A stretch of 64,000 bases of DNA from Carpediemonas membranifera BICM. Taxonomy: Eukaryota > Protista > Fornicata. The notes beneath the pieces were generated by a model. The model was not told where the DNA came from, searched no databases, and worked only from the letters and a program-made list of their open reading frames with translations. Shown piece by piece: positions 41,287-52,896 of this stretch; position 1 is the first letter of the stretch; each line of letters starts with the position of its first letter. The translations under genes were made by a program, and so were the position numbers. The stretch is from assembly GCA_019828565.1 (NCBI GenBank), contig JAHDYR010000017.1, positions 124,001 to 188,000 of the forward strand, in the 5' to 3' direction.

Positions 41287-42120
41287 TCATTCTGCGTCAG
41301 ACTGGTCTGAGCGGGATTCAGGGCTTTCATCCGATGCTGCATCGCCATCAAATGATGGATCTTCTTCAGCTCGGAATAATGATTGAAGCTCGCCAAGCTG
41401 CTGAATATCGTCCAAATGAAGGCCACGGAGGAGCTCGGCTCGCATCTCTGGACCAACTTCACTCAGCATCTCTATAAGCGAGGCTATATCTATAAATCTG
41501 GGTGAATATGTATAAGTTGCCTCAACTCGTTCGTGCATCTCGAGATCGGATATGAAATAGTTCGGATCTTCGCCTGATTCCAATATTTCACTAATTGGGA
41601 GCTCCAGTGGGGTCAACCGGGTAAATATGAGTGCCAAGAACGCCGGGTTGGGGGTCTGATCGGCTCCCTCCTTGGCCTCCTCAATGAAGCCCCAACCAAT
41701 GTGTTGCAAGCAATTCCAGCACCACGCCATCGACCAAAGGAACGGTGGGAACCATGAGAGTTCGTCGCTGAGGTCCGATGAGGTCAGCACGAACTTCCGG
41801 TTGATGGGGGCGGCAAAGGGCGGTGTAATCGTCGAAACGGGTCGTATACGCATTAAGTCGAAGCGATAGTCGCTTGGATTAGTAGCTGAGTAGCAAAATA
41901 TGTCCCTTCCAAGCACTTCGAGTTCGTAGGGGTACACGTTCGACGTCAGCACTGTGTGTCGCTCTGCAATGATGTCGTCGGCGAGAGCTATGACCTTCTT
42001 GCAGTGAGAACAACATAAGCATGGAATAAGAGGCTCATTTGGTATTTCTTGGTGCTCACTCTCGTCGATTGCATGATCCTCATCGGCCATGCTCATTCTC
42101 TCAACAAAACATGGCCTCAT
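41287..42120 (-). CDS. cereblon CULT / Yippee-Mis18-like domain protein
   Basis: LCCSHC, TNP, SWFPPFLW..AWC..C..HIGWGF. Confidence 0.8.
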   Translation of the reverse strand: MRPCFVERMSMADEDHAIDESEHQEIPNEPLIPCLCCSHCKKVIALADDIIAERHTVLTSNVYPYELEVLGRDIFCYSATNPSDYRFDLMRIRPVSTITPPFAAPINRKFVLTSSDLSDELSWFPPFLWSMAWCWNCLQHIGWGFIEEAKEGADQTPNPAFLALIFTRLTPLELPISEILESGEDPNYFISDLEMHERVEATYTYSPRFIDIASLIEMLSEVGPEMRAELLRGLHLDDIQQLGELQSLFRAEEDPSFDGDAASDESPESRSDQSDAE

Positions 42121-42179
42121 GTAACAAGTAAATGCCTATGCATCCACCCAACAAACTTCCCGGACACCACCCTCTTCAT

Positions 42180-45100
42180 TTACACGCCCCTATTCGTCAC
42201 TGAGGGAGGAAACCGCTCCTCCAGCCAATCCTCGAAGGCAGGGTTGGCCGTGTCAGTAACCTCGGTCAGCGTGCTCAGGCTCGACCAGCTCTTCGACTTG
42301 CCCTTCGACTCTGCCACATATGGCGGGAAAATCTGGTCGATCGGCCCGAGTTCCAGGCTCGCTGGCTCCACAATCCTGGTATATACGACTCCTACTCCCT
42401 TGGCGGTCTCCCGGATCTTGCTGACATCGAGCATTGCTCCAGACGTCACATCTTCAGGTGGATCTCCTTCAAATATCTCGACCGCTGTAACGCCTGACAC
42501 AATAGCGCCGCCTTGGTCAATTGGATCAGCCAAGCCCCAGCCGACCGTAACAACGGCAATGTCACCTTTCGTCATTGTCACAGCAAATAGTTGGAAAACA
42601 AATGCGGGTGAATCTATTCCGAGGTGGAATCTCATCGGTTGCGACTCAAAAGATACGGATTTCTGAGTCGAACTGGCAGTCATGAGGTGAGCTGTGGTCC
42701 AATCAGCAACCGCCTTAGCGCGATCCCACCCGAGGTAGTAAAGCTCGAACGGGGGCCCAGCTGCCACCAATACCTTGGGAGCGATGGTGTTCTTAGGCCA
42801 TTTGCCCATAAACGATAAAGAGTCAACGTAAACGGTGACCGGGGCGTCACCTCGGTGCGGCAACGATGCGTTGAGTGACAGCGGCGGTATTCCCATCAGC
42901 ACCTGCGAGGGCTCAGTGAATAGGGCATCGACCTCCTCCTCCCATACAGCCTCATCCACCTCAAGCCCAGCGACTTCACGGCAAGTCTTGGTTGGTGCCA
43001 TCGCACGAACCGCCATCGCTCGCTTTGAGACATCTGATGGGGTGAATGCTGAGTTGTTGTAGCCATCGGGGTAGGCTGGCGGGCTTGCTGGTACTGGATA
43101 TAAATCTGCCAGCTCCTCAGAGACCGTCAACCGTGGCATCTCACGTGCAGTCATGCCATCAGCCAGGCCGTCGAACGCCGAGTCTGGCAGACCGCGAACA
43201 CGCCAAATGGCCATCATTCCGGGGACGCATGGGGCAGTGCGAATCGCCTCGAGGTCTGGCGCCATGATAAAGTGCACGGGGTCGACGAAGCAGCCCTGAT
43301 CAATGCCCTCGGAGGGAGTGTAGAGGCGTCTCGCCGCCAGACCCAGGAACCGTGCTTCGTTTGTGGCGACATCTAGTGTTTCTATTATTGCTAGCAGCAG
43401 GGCCGTAACGGGCGGCGGTGAGCGGAGAATCAGGCGGCATGACCGGAGTAGCGTAGGCGAGTTGGCAGGACTAGCTGGATCACACACGGCGCGGGTTCGA
43501 GCGAGTGGCGTGGGGGAGTTTTGTGACAGAATTAGCAGTGTCACTCTGGCGAGCTTGCAGTTGGCCGGCAGCCACTGGACACGATCCACGCAGACCTCCA
43601 CCGCCCCTGGGGAAGCAGCAGGGGCAGTCTCCTTGACGTCAGTCCACACAGCCTTCGTCGCCGGGATAGGTTGCGGGTCTCTATCCAGCGGCGCCATCAT
43701 CCGCTGGTCTGGCTGGAGTACTTCTCGCGGGATCCGGGGTCCGCCCGCAGTGGGGCTGTGGGCAGAAGGCTCGGCAGCCTCGAATTCTTTCCGACTGCTG
43801 CTTCTGGAGATCGCGGCGGCAGTATTAATCTTCCCGGTGGCCGCCTTAAATTTCGACATGACGGATACAGGCTTGGGTGTCTCAGCCTCGACCGAGGCGA
43901 CGCTGCCCTCTCTCGTGACCGAGGGCGACTCCGCCGTATGTTCTGGGATGGTCAACGACTCGACGTTCATGGCGTCATGGTCCCGAGCTGATCTGCGGGC
44001 GGATCTAGAAGATCTTCGTGAAGATATGGGCACGACTGTTTCGACCATCGAGACATTCAAAGTGATCGACCCGTGCTTGAAGTTGCCGGAGACATCTGTG
44101 ACCGCCAGCTGGGTCTCGTTTGACCCTTGGGCCAACAATGCTAGTGCCTTAAAGTGCTCGATCTCCTGTCTCCCGTCAGTTGCCTTCAGCGAGATCCTGA
44201 GGCCGAGTGCCATGCCCGGGGTGTCTGGCATGAGCACACCGGGGAACGAGGCCGTACACTGATCGCCCAAGTCGTGTTTCTTCACCCGCTTCTTCATGAT
44301 TGGGATTGAGGTCACGACCGGTCGGGCGAGCCCTCTCGACGCGCCCTCGACCACCTTCCCTGACTGGTTGAGGCAGACGACTTCGAAATGGAGTCTGGCC
44401 GACCAACGGCCCTTCTTGCTCGGGTCGATGGCGGGGCCATTATAGGGAGCAATGGAGAGCACAGTGGCGTTGATCAAGGCCTGGCGCGTCTCCACAACCG
44501 ATGGCGAGGGACTCCTACTCGCCTGGGGTGTGCCTGGCTTGGGTGATGGCGGGTGGCTACCAGCGATTGACACGGCCCTCGACCGCGTCCCCCTCCCAAC
44601 CTCAGTCGTCGCCCCAGCAGGACTAGCCGTAGTGTTAGATGGTCCTCCGCGGTACAGACTCGTCATGGCATTGCTAATCTGCCATGAAGACATCGTACCG
44701 TGGAACTGACCGTGGCCGATGCGGAAGAGGACAGTGACATCAGAAAGGAGCTTCGGTGACGTCTTCATAGTCGCCTCAGTCAGGTTGACGTCGACTGGCG
44801 TGCGGAGGAGGCTAAGACGCTTAGCTCCGACATTGAGACCGCCCTCACTGTTGAATAATTCAAAGGACGTCCACGCGATACCCATGCGGGTCTTGTTCTT
44901 CATGTGTGCCAACTCGATAACCATTGTCAGATTGGGTCTTGGTCTAACTCCTCTGATGAGCTTGCCAATGGTCGCTCGGACAAGTAAATCTGACCCTACC
45001 TGCTCGACCGTACCGTCGGTCTTGCCAATAACGTAAGGGGCGAGGACTTGCTCGACTCCGCCGGCTCCGGTGTGCCGGAAAACTCCCACCGCTGTGTCAA

Positions 45101-46625
45101 ACGCCCGGAGTTTCCCAGGGAGGTTGGCGACGAAATCAATGAAGAACGTGAACCCCTCCTCGGGGAAATATTCTACATTGGGGAATGTAAATGGCTCCAG
45201 TGCAGGTCCGGCGGGCCCCGTGATCTTGGCGTCGAGTTTTCTCAGCCTCGAAGCCAGCACTTCTCGTTCTAACGCTGCCGCCTTCTGACGCTTCTCCTTT
45301 TCCAGCTCAATTGCCTGAATCACCTGGTCGCGCTCCAAGTTTTCCTTCGCCAGCTGGACCTCAAGGCGGCGTTTCTCAAGCTCGAGCTTCATCTCCTCAA
45401 CTTGCTTCAGGGCAGCCGTTCTCGGGCTTACCGGTTTCTCGCGCCGTTTCCGGCGATAAAGTGCGGAGTCAGAGTCAGATCCGGAGTCATCAGAGTCGTT
45501 TCCGGCACTTCTTGACTGCAACCCGAGTCGGCCGGCCATCTTTCGCACCATCGCCTCGAGCTCATCCCTCTTTCGGTCCCGGTCACTCTCCTTCTTCGTC
45601 CTTGCCAGCTGTTCCAACCTCGTACGCAGGGCTCGGTTGTCCTCTTGTGCTTTCATTACCATCGCCATCGTCATCGGGTCCATGCCCCCAATCCCGCCAT
45701 AGCCAGACATCTGGCCAAAGGGCATCATCGCACCCATGCCAGGATACCCGGGCATGCCGTAAACTGCACTATTCCCAGATGTGACTTGGCCTTGTATGCC
45801 ACCTGTCGCGGGTTGGCTCAACATTGCCTCGACCATGGGTAAGAGGGTCGCAAGCTGTGGTGTTTGTTGGGCTTGGGTCCGGAACATATCGAGAAGGGGG
45901 TTAGTGGTGCTAGCGGGTGGGGGGGTGTTGGGCTCTGAGTGTGTCATTATACTTGGAGATCGAGAAGGCATATCATCTGATTTCATTGAATCTACTGGAG
46001 ATACAGGTCTATATTCGATTCCATCAGCCAGCTCCTTCTCCATGGCTGCGAGATCCTCCTCTGCGATCTGTAGCTCCCTCTCCATCATCCGTGGCGTCTG
46101 CCCTCGGGAGTCTGGTGGGTCGGGGTGAGAGTCTGCCTGCTCCAGCGCCCTTTCCTGCTCTAATCTCTGCTGCTCCAAGTCTCTAAGTCTCGCGCCTGCT
46201 TCTCTTGCCTGAGTGATTGTCTGCTGTGTTCTTTCATCCAGAGCTGATTGTATAGTGTCCATGATGGGGTTACTAGCCGCGGAGTAGGCCTTGAACTGCG
46301 TCTTGCTCAGTCCAAAGTTCTCTCGCTGGTCCATGAGGTCGTGCTCGATGCTGGAGACGAGGTCGAGGAGCTCCCGCTCTCTTGCTTCAATCTGGGCTCG
46401 TTCTTGCTCTAGCTGGGCGAGTTCATCCTGTTTGGTCTTCTTCAGGGTCTCTATTTGGGCGTATTCCATCTCATTCAGTGTCGTTTGAGCCTTGGCAAGG
46501 GCTTCTTTCGCCTGAATCTCGACAGCACGTTCTCTCTCGAGCTCTGCGAGAAGCACCAGGATATCATCCTTGTTCAGCGCTCCTATCTCGGTATTTGCGC
46601 CTTCAAGAGCACTCTTAATGTCCAT
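42180..46625 (-). CDS. large coiled-coil + C2-like domain protein (CCDC17-like, probably ciliary)
   Basis: N-terminal coiled coil, Y.PEEGF.FFIDFV.NLP, AWT.FELF..G.LN.G, GWGL. Confidence 0.6.
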   Translation of the reverse strand: MDIKSALEGANTEIGALNKDDILVLLAELERERAVEIQAKEALAKAQTTLNEMEYAQIETLKKTKQDELAQLEQERAQIEARERELLDLVSSIEHDLMDQRENFGLSKTQFKAYSAASNPIMDTIQSALDERTQQTITQAREAGARLRDLEQQRLEQERALEQADSHPDPPDSRGQTPRMMERELQIAEEDLAAMEKELADGIEYRPVSPVDSMKSDDMPSRSPSIMTHSEPNTPPPASTTNPLLDMFRTQAQQTPQLATLLPMVEAMLSQPATGGIQGQVTSGNSAVYGMPGYPGMGAMMPFGQMSGYGGIGGMDPMTMAMVMKAQEDNRALRTRLEQLARTKKESDRDRKRDELEAMVRKMAGRLGLQSRSAGNDSDDSGSDSDSALYRRKRREKPVSPRTAALKQVEEMKLELEKRRLEVQLAKENLERDQVIQAIELEKEKRQKAAALEREVLASRLRKLDAKITGPAGPALEPFTFPNVEYFPEEGFTFFIDFVANLPGKLRAFDTAVGVFRHTGAGGVEQVLAPYVIGKTDGTVEQVGSDLLVRATIGKLIRGVRPRPNLTMVIELAHMKNKTRMGIAWTSFELFNSEGGLNVGAKRLSLLRTPVDVNLTEATMKTSPKLLSDVTVLFRIGHGQFHGTMSSWQISNAMTSLYRGGPSNTTASPAGATTEVGRGTRSRAVSIAGSHPPSPKPGTPQASRSPSPSVVETRQALINATVLSIAPYNGPAIDPSKKGRWSARLHFEVVCLNQSGKVVEGASRGLARPVVTSIPIMKKRVKKHDLGDQCTASFPGVLMPDTPGMALGLRISLKATDGRQEIEHFKALALLAQGSNETQLAVTDVSGNFKHGSITLNVSMVETVVPISSRRSSRSARRSARDHDAMNVESLTIPEHTAESPSVTREGSVASVEAETPKPVSVMSKFKAATGKINTAAAISRSSSRKEFEAAEPSAHSPTAGGPRIPREVLQPDQRMMAPLDRDPQPIPATKAVWTDVKETAPAASPGAVEVCVDRVQWLPANCKLARVTLLILSQNSPTPLARTRAVCDPASPANSPTLLRSCRLILRSPPPVTALLLAIIETLDVATNEARFLGLAARRLYTPSEGIDQGCFVDPVHFIMAPDLEAIRTAPCVPGMMAIWRVRGLPDSAFDGLADGMTAREMPRLTVSEELADLYPVPASPPAYPDGYNNSAFTPSDVSKRAMAVRAMAPTKTCREVAGLEVDEAVWEEEVDALFTEPSQVLMGIPPLSLNASLPHRGDAPVTVYVDSLSFMGKWPKNTIAPKVLVAAGPPFELYYLGWDRAKAVADWTTAHLMTASSTQKSVSFESQPMRFHLGIDSPAFVFQLFAVTMTKGDIAVVTVGWGLADPIDQGGAIVSGVTAVEIFEGDPPEDVTSGAMLDVSKIRETAKGVGVVYTRIVEPASLELGPIDQIFPPYVAESKGKSKSWSSLSTLTEVTDTANPAFEDWLEERFPPSVTNRGV

Positions 46626-46945
46626 TTCGCGTTCTTTCGGAGATGATTACGGTTGCCGTTTCAATAAGCAGGCTTGCCCACCGGTTGGGAGTGGGAGTGG
46701 TCTTTCCTCGCAGCAGGCACACGAATACAGCTTCCCCATCGACTTTTGCCGGGTCTGCCTCGGTTCCAAATTCTAATCCAAATTTGGCCAAAGCGTCGCC
46801 ACAAAATTAAAGCCGCACTCGGAAAAGGCCATTTCTTATCACAACACTGCCACACTCACTGTGACGCCAGACTCGACGAAAATTTCTTGTGCAGTTTAAG
46901 GTGGAAAATTTCTAGCTCGTAACATACGCGAACGGACGCAGATCA

Positions 46946-47704
46946 ATGCTGAAATACGGACGCCAACCACCGCCACAGATGCCTAGCTTAGCATCTCGCC
47001 TTTCTAGAACCATGCCAAACGCTCCGCGCGTCCGCTCTCATTCGGCGAGCGTCCCCGCGATGGCCAGAACGATGAAAGCCAAACCTCTTAGCGCATTAGA
47101 GAGTACCGGCCGTGAACTGTTCGTGCACGAGCCCACGTTCACCACGAAGAACGCAACAACCGTGAACCGCACGCGCCCCAAGTCCCAAGGGCAAGCACGG
47201 CGGACGCCGATGACGCAGACCATGAGCGCCAAGCGGACGCTCCCCAGGCCACAGACGACTGGCGTAGCGACTCGGACCGAGCACCTGAGCACCACCCTGT
47301 CCAAATCCGCGGCAGCAGAGCCGATTGTGGCGAGACACAAGAAGAGGTCAGCAAGCGCCCCTAGATCGAAGTACACTGCCTACACACACGCCCCCACGCG
47401 ATTTGAGCTCACTCCCTTCCCAAGCACCAAGCACGTGGGCGAGCCCGATGAGAACTCTGCGTTGTTCGCCTCAGATACCGAGAGATTCAGTCCAAACAGA
47501 GCTTGGCCAATGGACGAAGACAGGAATAGCAGGCAGAAGCTCAGAGAGGGCAAGAGTGCCAGACTCGCCGGCCATTTCTCCCAGATGGCCGACTGGAGGG
47601 CGGCCGACCAAGCCGAGCAGGCCAAGAGGGATGAGGTCAGGCTCAACACGGTGAGACGCCAGAAGGTCCGGTACATGGCCGCACTGGCAGAGCTGGACCA
47701 ATGA
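46946..47704 (+). CDS. basic low-complexity hypothetical protein
   Basis: 252-aa ORF, divergent from 46625, helical C-terminus. Confidence 0.65.
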   Translation: MLKYGRQPPPQMPSLASRLSRTMPNAPRVRSHSASVPAMARTMKAKPLSALESTGRELFVHEPTFTTKNATTVNRTRPKSQGQARRTPMTQTMSAKRTLPRPQTTGVATRTEHLSTTLSKSAAAEPIVARHKKRSASAPRSKYTAYTHAPTRFELTPFPSTKHVGEPDENSALFASDTERFSPNRAWPMDEDRNSRQKLREGKSARLAGHFSQMADWRAADQAEQAKRDEVRLNTVRRQKVRYMAALAELDQ

Positions 47705-47872
47705 GACTGACTCACGCATACTGTATTATCGAGTGTAAATATCTTGTTCCCATTATGTGCGCAGATGGGGAGCGATATAGCGTATCGTGGAAGCGTTGTA
47801 ATGAACCATAAACCAACCATGGAAGCGTTGGTGATAGTGCATTTTAAGGCTACGCACTTTTAGCAACGACGT

Positions 47873-48564
47873 ATGTTTGTGCTGGCGGAATTCAGGGATA
47901 CGGTCCGTGTGCCTCCCGATAAATTCAAGGAGGACAGCCGCACGAATATTATCACACAGATTGAGCAGCATTATGGTGGGAAAGTGGTTCCTGGTGTAGG
48001 TCTTTGCGTATGCCTTGATCGCATCATCAAAGCGGACGAAGAGGCTATTTTCCCCAACGACGGCGCAGCATTTATCAAGGTACACTTCTCATACATTGTG
48101 TTCTGTCCCCATGAGGGCGAGCTTCTCACTGGCAACGTCGTCCACTGCTCTCCCGTTCACGGCCTCATCGTCCACATGGGCTTCTTCGGCGACATATCAA
48201 TCCCACCAGGGCTTCTTCCTGAGCCAAGTATCTTGTTCGTTTACCACCGACAGACTCACACAGCATTGAAGCGGACGACAACGGCCTCCCGGGCTGGGTC
48301 TGGCAGTTTAAGGACGAGGACACGGGTGCGGTTGAGGAAATGCCCATCTCACTGGGCGATAAGATCAGATTCGCTGTTGATCGACTCAAATATCAATCAA
48401 AAGATGATGTCAAGCCTAACCCCGGCAACAAGCCCGAGGATGACACAGATATGAAGAAGACTGTGACGATGGACTCTGCGGTGACTGACAGGTTTGCCTC
48501 ATCTCCGCTCCGTCTGATTGGATCAATCAACAGCATCGGGTTGGGCCCGCTCAGCTGGTGGTAG
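47873..48564 (+). CDS. RPC25: RNA polymerase III subunit RPC8/C25; intron 48235-48263
   Basis: MFVL...DTVRVPP, KVVPGVGLC, DGA...V.F..IVF.P..GE, GFF.DI.IP, GLGPLSWW; the 29-nt intron restores the frame. Confidence 0.92.
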
Positions 48565-48667
48565 CGAGTGTGGGTTGGCCGTGATTTAACGTTTAATAAA
48601 CACGTAAAGCCACAAATAGTGTGGCTAAACTGCGGGATTTGACCACGACCTCCAGGATTGATTTCCC

Positions 48668-51475
48668 ATGGACGCCGTGCTGGAACGAGTTATTGAGCTT
48701 CCAGAAGATTCTCCTGGGAAGAATTTTGCATCGACGCTTTTACGTCGCTTGCGCCTGCTTCTCCACCGCCTCGCGATGGTCTTCCTTCCGTTTAAGGCGC
48801 TTTTTAATGCCGTGTTCTCGCACAGCAGCTCCTTCTTTAACAACTCGCGCGCCCTTTTCATCAAGCAGTTCATCCGCTGGCGCCGCAGCACCTTTACCCT
48901 GATTTGCATGTTTGCCCTGCCGATTGCCGCGATGTGTGTGATCAAGGGCCTCGACCTCTTCATCCAGAGTAAGATCGGCGACATGGACATTTTTGCCCTC
49001 AAGAACTACACCTCTTTCCGCACAGGCAACGTCGATAACTACTTCTTTCACGATTCGACGCTTGATTTCGACGGCCCCGCTTTCTACATCGCCAACGCCG
49101 ACACCGCCACCTGGGACTTCGGCAACTGGGACGTCCTGAACAGCGTCGGCAGCGAATACGCCGCTGACATGCCCAAAGCTGTATCGTCCTCGCCGATGCT
49201 CAAGGCACCCTACAACACGATGCAGCTCCCCAACGTAACGTCGTTCGATAGCGAGACCGACCTTGCCGCGTATCTCCTCTACGCGTGGGACAAGCGTGCC
49301 ACTCTCCTGATCATGAACAACCAGAGAACCATCAACCCGCCGATGGGCTCCATGGTCTTCACCAAGGCGGACGTGAACGCGACCGACGCCGTGTTCGAGC
49401 TGAACCTCGTCTCCAACTTCACCTACGCCGAGGACGCCACCGAGTACAGATCGATCGCCCAAGCGCTGAACCTGATCAAGACGGCATTCGTCAGGCACGA
49501 CAAATCTGATACGACCGTGGATATCACCGCGTCGACCGCGTACTACCCGAAGGACGGGACGGACTCGATCGACATCGTCGCGATCATCGCCGGCTACTTC
49601 TTCACCCCCCTCTTCCACTTCCTGCTGCCCTTCACGGCGACGTCGCTCGTGTACGAGAAGGAGCACAAGCTGCGCCTGATCATGCGCATGCTCGGCCTCA
49701 AGGGCGCCGAGTACTGGTTCGTCGAGGTCGTCTTCTTCCTCGTGCTGTCGCTCGTGATGAACAACGTCTTCATCGCCACCGGCTACCTCCTCGACCTCGC
49801 CATGTTCACGTCCCAGTCCGTCTGGGGCATGGAGTTCATCCTCTTCTGCTGGTCCGTCTCCGCTGCCGGCCAGACCATCCTCATGTCGACGCTGTTCTCG
49901 TCCGAGCGCCAGTGCACCATCCTCGCATGGGCGTACACGCTCATCGTCTCGATCATGGCCTACGTCGTCGTCGCCCTCGAGGCCACCATGGCCGGCCAGC
50001 AGGGCTGGAACATCTGGTGGATTCCCCCGATCGGCATCTGCGAGACCGTCCTCGGCTGGGGCTTCTCGACGTCCTCGACGGGCCACCCGATGACCACCGA
50101 GAGCGCTATCGACCCCACCGGCTTCTACGGACGGATGTCGTGGTCGCTCTTGGCCTCTGGCTTCATCCTCGGCGGCCTGGGCGTCTACCTCGACCGCGTC
50201 ATGCCCACGACCCCCGACACGGTCGAGCCCTTCTACTTCCCCTTCCTGCCCCGCACCTGGATGCCCGTCCGCTCCAAGGTGCCCAGCCGCGAGAAGATCG
50301 AGAAGAACCTCTCGCTGTCTGAGCGCCGCGTCCAGCACGAGGGCAAGACCGTCTGCGACGCCATCGAGATGCGCAAGGAGGGCCGCAAGGTGCTCGCCTC
50401 CAACTACGGCATTGTCATCGCCGACCTGCGCAAGTCGTTCAAGTCGTTTGGCCTCTTCAAGCGCCACGAGGTCAAGGCCGTCGCCGGCATCAACTACGCC
50501 ATCCGCCGCAACGAGTGCTTCGGCCTGCTCGGCCACAACGGCGCGGGGAAGACGACCGCGGTCAACATCCTCGCGGGCACTGTCAACCCGACCTCCGGCA
50601 TCGCCTACGTTCACGGCTTCGACATCAAGACGCAGATGGGCAACGTCCGCAAGATCTGCGGCGTCTGCCCCCAGGACGACATCGTCTGGCCCGAACTCAC
50701 CGGCGCCGAGCACCTCAACTTCTTCGGCCGCATCAAGGGTGTGCCCTCGATCCGCCTCGGCAAGGAGGTCTACGAGGGCCTCGCCTCCGTCCGCCTCGAG
50801 CGCCCCTGCGACCTGCCCAAGCACGTCTCGGCCTACTCCGGCGGCATGCGCCGCCGCCTGTGCGTGGCCATCGCCTTTATGGGCGACCCCGAGGTCGTCC
50901 TGCTCGACGAGCCCACCACCGGCCTCGACCCCGAGACCCGCCGCGGCCTCTGGGAGATCATCCGCGCGAAGAAGGCCGGCCGCACGATCCTGCTGACGAC
51001 CCACTCCATGGAAGAGGCCGACGCCCTCTGCAACAGGCTCTCCATCATGAAGGACGGCCGCGTCGCCGTCCTCGGCTCCCCCACGGCCCTCAAGAAGGAG
51101 CTCGGCGCCACGACCTACTCCCTCGTCATGAACTGCAACCCTCCCCGCGCCGCCGGCGTCTCCGTCTCCGAGCACGAGCGCTTTGTCACAGCCAACGTCG
51201 AGGATTGCATGGCCTTCTTGAACGAGCACTGCGACTCGCTCAAGGTCGAGAAGAACGTCGCCGGCTCCCTCAGCTTCACGTTCATCGCCGCGCCCCCTGG
51301 CGCCAACGAGCCCGGCAAGCCGTCGCTCTCCGAGATGTCCCGCATCCTGCGGGAGGGCGAGGGCAAGCACGGCTACGTCGAGTGGGGCGTCGCCTCGCCC
51401 AGCCTCGAGGAGGTCTTCATCAAGGTCTCCGAGGAGGCCGTCGTCAAGGAGCCGACCAACGATGAGTTTGCGTAA
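48668..51475 (+). CDS. ABCA-subfamily half transporter
   Basis: [10 protein letters not shown], Walker [34 protein letters not shown]. Confidence 0.95.
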   Translation: MDAVLERVIELPEDSPGKNFASTLLRRLRLLLHRLAMVFLPFKALFNAVFSHSSSFFNNSRALFIKQFIRWRRSTFTLICMFALPIAAMCVIKGLDLFIQSKIGDMDIFALKNYTSFRTGNVDNYFFHDSTLDFDGPAFYIANADTATWDFGNWDVLNSVGSEYAADMPKAVSSSPMLKAPYNTMQLPNVTSFDSETDLAAYLLYAWDKRATLLIMNNQRTINPPMGSMVFTKADVNATDAVFELNLVSNFTYAEDATEYRSIAQALNLIKTAFVRHDKSDTTVDITASTAYYPKDGTDSIDIVAIIAGYFFTPLFHFLLPFTATSLVYEKEHKLRLIMRMLGLKGAEYWFVEVVFFLVLSLVMNNVFIATGYLLDLAMFTSQSVWGMEFILFCWSVSAAGQTILMSTLFSSERQCTILAWAYTLIVSIMAYVVVALEATMAGQQGWNIWWIPPIGICETVLGWGFSTSSTGHPMTTESAIDPTGFYGRMSWSLLASGFILGGLGVYLDRVMPTTPDTVEPFYFPFLPRTWMPVRSKVPSREKIEKNLSLSERRVQHEGKTVCDAIEMRKEGRKVLASNYGIVIADLRKSFKSFGLFKRHEVKAVAGINYAIRRNECFGLLGHNGAGKTTAVNILAGTVNPTSGIAYVHGFDIKTQMGNVRKICGVCPQDDIVWPELTGAEHLNFFGRIKGVPSIRLGKEVYEGLASVRLERPCDLPKHVSAYSGGMRRRLCVAIAFMGDPEVVLLDEPTTGLDPETRRGLWEIIRAKKAGRTILLTTHSMEEADALCNRLSIMKDGRVAVLGSPTALKKELGATTYSLVMNCNPPRAAGVSVSEHERFVTANVEDCMAFLNEHCDSLKVEKNVAGSLSFTFIAAPPGANEPGKPSLSEMSRILREGEGKHGYVEWGVASPSLEEVFIKVSEEAVVKEPTNDEFA

Positions 51476-51682
51476 AGTCTGTTTTTCTGTGCGGGTCCAC
51501 GCGGCCTGGAAAAGCGCGGGTCAGCTTGCTATGATGAGCGTGGGATGCCCGGCGACACGCATGACGGCCCCGCTGTGGTCACCCAGTCCGAGCTGGCGAT
51601 GATGCGGGTGGGCTCAATCTTGCAATCAGAGACGGCATCTGCGCCATAAACATTCTTCCCGAATCATCCCGCCCTGCTTTGC
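49330..51682 (+). repeat. left arm of large inverted duplication (partner 61648-64000, continues beyond the window)
   Basis: Near-identical reverse complement, including ~207 bp past the ABCA stop. Confidence 0.95.
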
Positions 51683-51940
51683 ATGGCCATCCGAGCTGAT
51701 GACGGCATGCTATGGTGTACCAGACATCCTTGTTCCTGTCTGAATAATCAAACTCACCCATCCCATCCAGTCCCATCACAAAAGAGTCGGGTCAGAGATT
51801 GGACAACCGCCATGTTGACTGACTCCTGCACGAATTCACCGCATGGCCATTTAAGGTTGGCCGTGCGCATCAGCATTCCGGACATCTGAGTTGCCGACTT
51901 CCGATCAGTTTCACTGAGTAAGGTTGGGTCAAGCGTCATC
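51530..51940 (-). pseudogene. possible degenerate member of the RCC1-like expanded family
   Basis: Fragments RLFCDG and FGKNVYG...IEPTRI in different frames. Confidence 0.25.
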
Positions 51941-52249
51941 AGCAGAAGGGGCAGGCGCTGCTGGATGGATTGCCAACTAATGCATACGACGACATACAGT
52001 CCAGTGTAGGGCGGTCTCGGCCCGTCTTGCGTCTCGTTTATCGATTAAACGATGGTTGCCGGGGCCAGTCAGCCCAACCGAACAAGCCCCCCGTATCAAA
52101 AGCTTGGCCGTGCTCTCGCCTGCACTCTAAGTGACTCTGCACGAGGCACTGCGTTGGACTCCTGAAGAAGCGCCGCGTATCTTGCGCGGCGGCCTCGCAA
52201 AATGCTCTGTGGAAGATGACAAAATTTCCGAAAAACAACGGCATCGTGC

Positions 52250-52825
52250 ATGCGAATGTCAATGTTAGTTCCTCTCTTCTTATCCATTCTCTCGTTTTCT
52301 CTCTGCACGTGCCCTCCGGCTGATGATGCCAAAAGATCCTACACAACGCTGAATCCAACAACAGCGGAGACGATTTGCTCGACATGCCTCCCTAGTGGAA
52401 CACAGTGCAAGCCTTCTGAGCTCTGCGTGTTTTCCCCATCCCTTGGCTACCACTCATGCGCCACCACATACGCCTCGATGGCCGATTGCACCCTTCGAGC
52501 CTGGGGCACCAATCCAGAGTGCTCCGCAGGCTTGCAGTGCCTTGGACACAAGTGCCGCATGTGCTGGGACCACACGGTGCACCCAGAGCACCCAGAGTAC
52601 GTCTGCCGTGACGGGACTTGGTCGCTTAGGACGTACGGCGATTATCTGCTCGAACCGAGGTACACGGCGATAGTCCTGTTTGTAGCAGCTCTAGGGCTCT
52701 TCGGCACATGCGTCTGCTGCGGCCAGTGTGCTGTCACGTGTCTGGATTCGTATTCCTTGCGTCAGTTCCTCAAGGCACAGGCTAGACGCACCAACAGGTC
52801 GCTGAGGAAGAGAAAGGGGTTGTAG
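52250..52825 (+). CDS. Cys-rich type I membrane protein
   Basis: Signal peptide, 10 ectodomain Cys, TM helix, basic tail. Confidence 0.7.
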   Translation: MRMSMLVPLFLSILSFSLCTCPPADDAKRSYTTLNPTTAETICSTCLPSGTQCKPSELCVFSPSLGYHSCATTYASMADCTLRAWGTNPECSAGLQCLGHKCRMCWDHTVHPEHPEYVCRDGTWSLRTYGDYLLEPRYTAIVLFVAALGLFGTCVCCGQCAVTCLDSYSLRQFLKAQARRTNRSLRKRKGL

Positions 52826-52896
52826 TAGTTGAATGGTATTCTGCATGTGCTGGATGGGTGCATGTAACTCAGTAAATGGAAAGTCGGGAAGTCGAA

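Noticed and set aside
48740-51370. 876-aa antisense ORF, and similar shadows over the CWP, 6113-6910 and 8356-9441 regions
   Set aside because: Explained by strong C/G third-position bias of the real gene on the opposite strand; no motifs.
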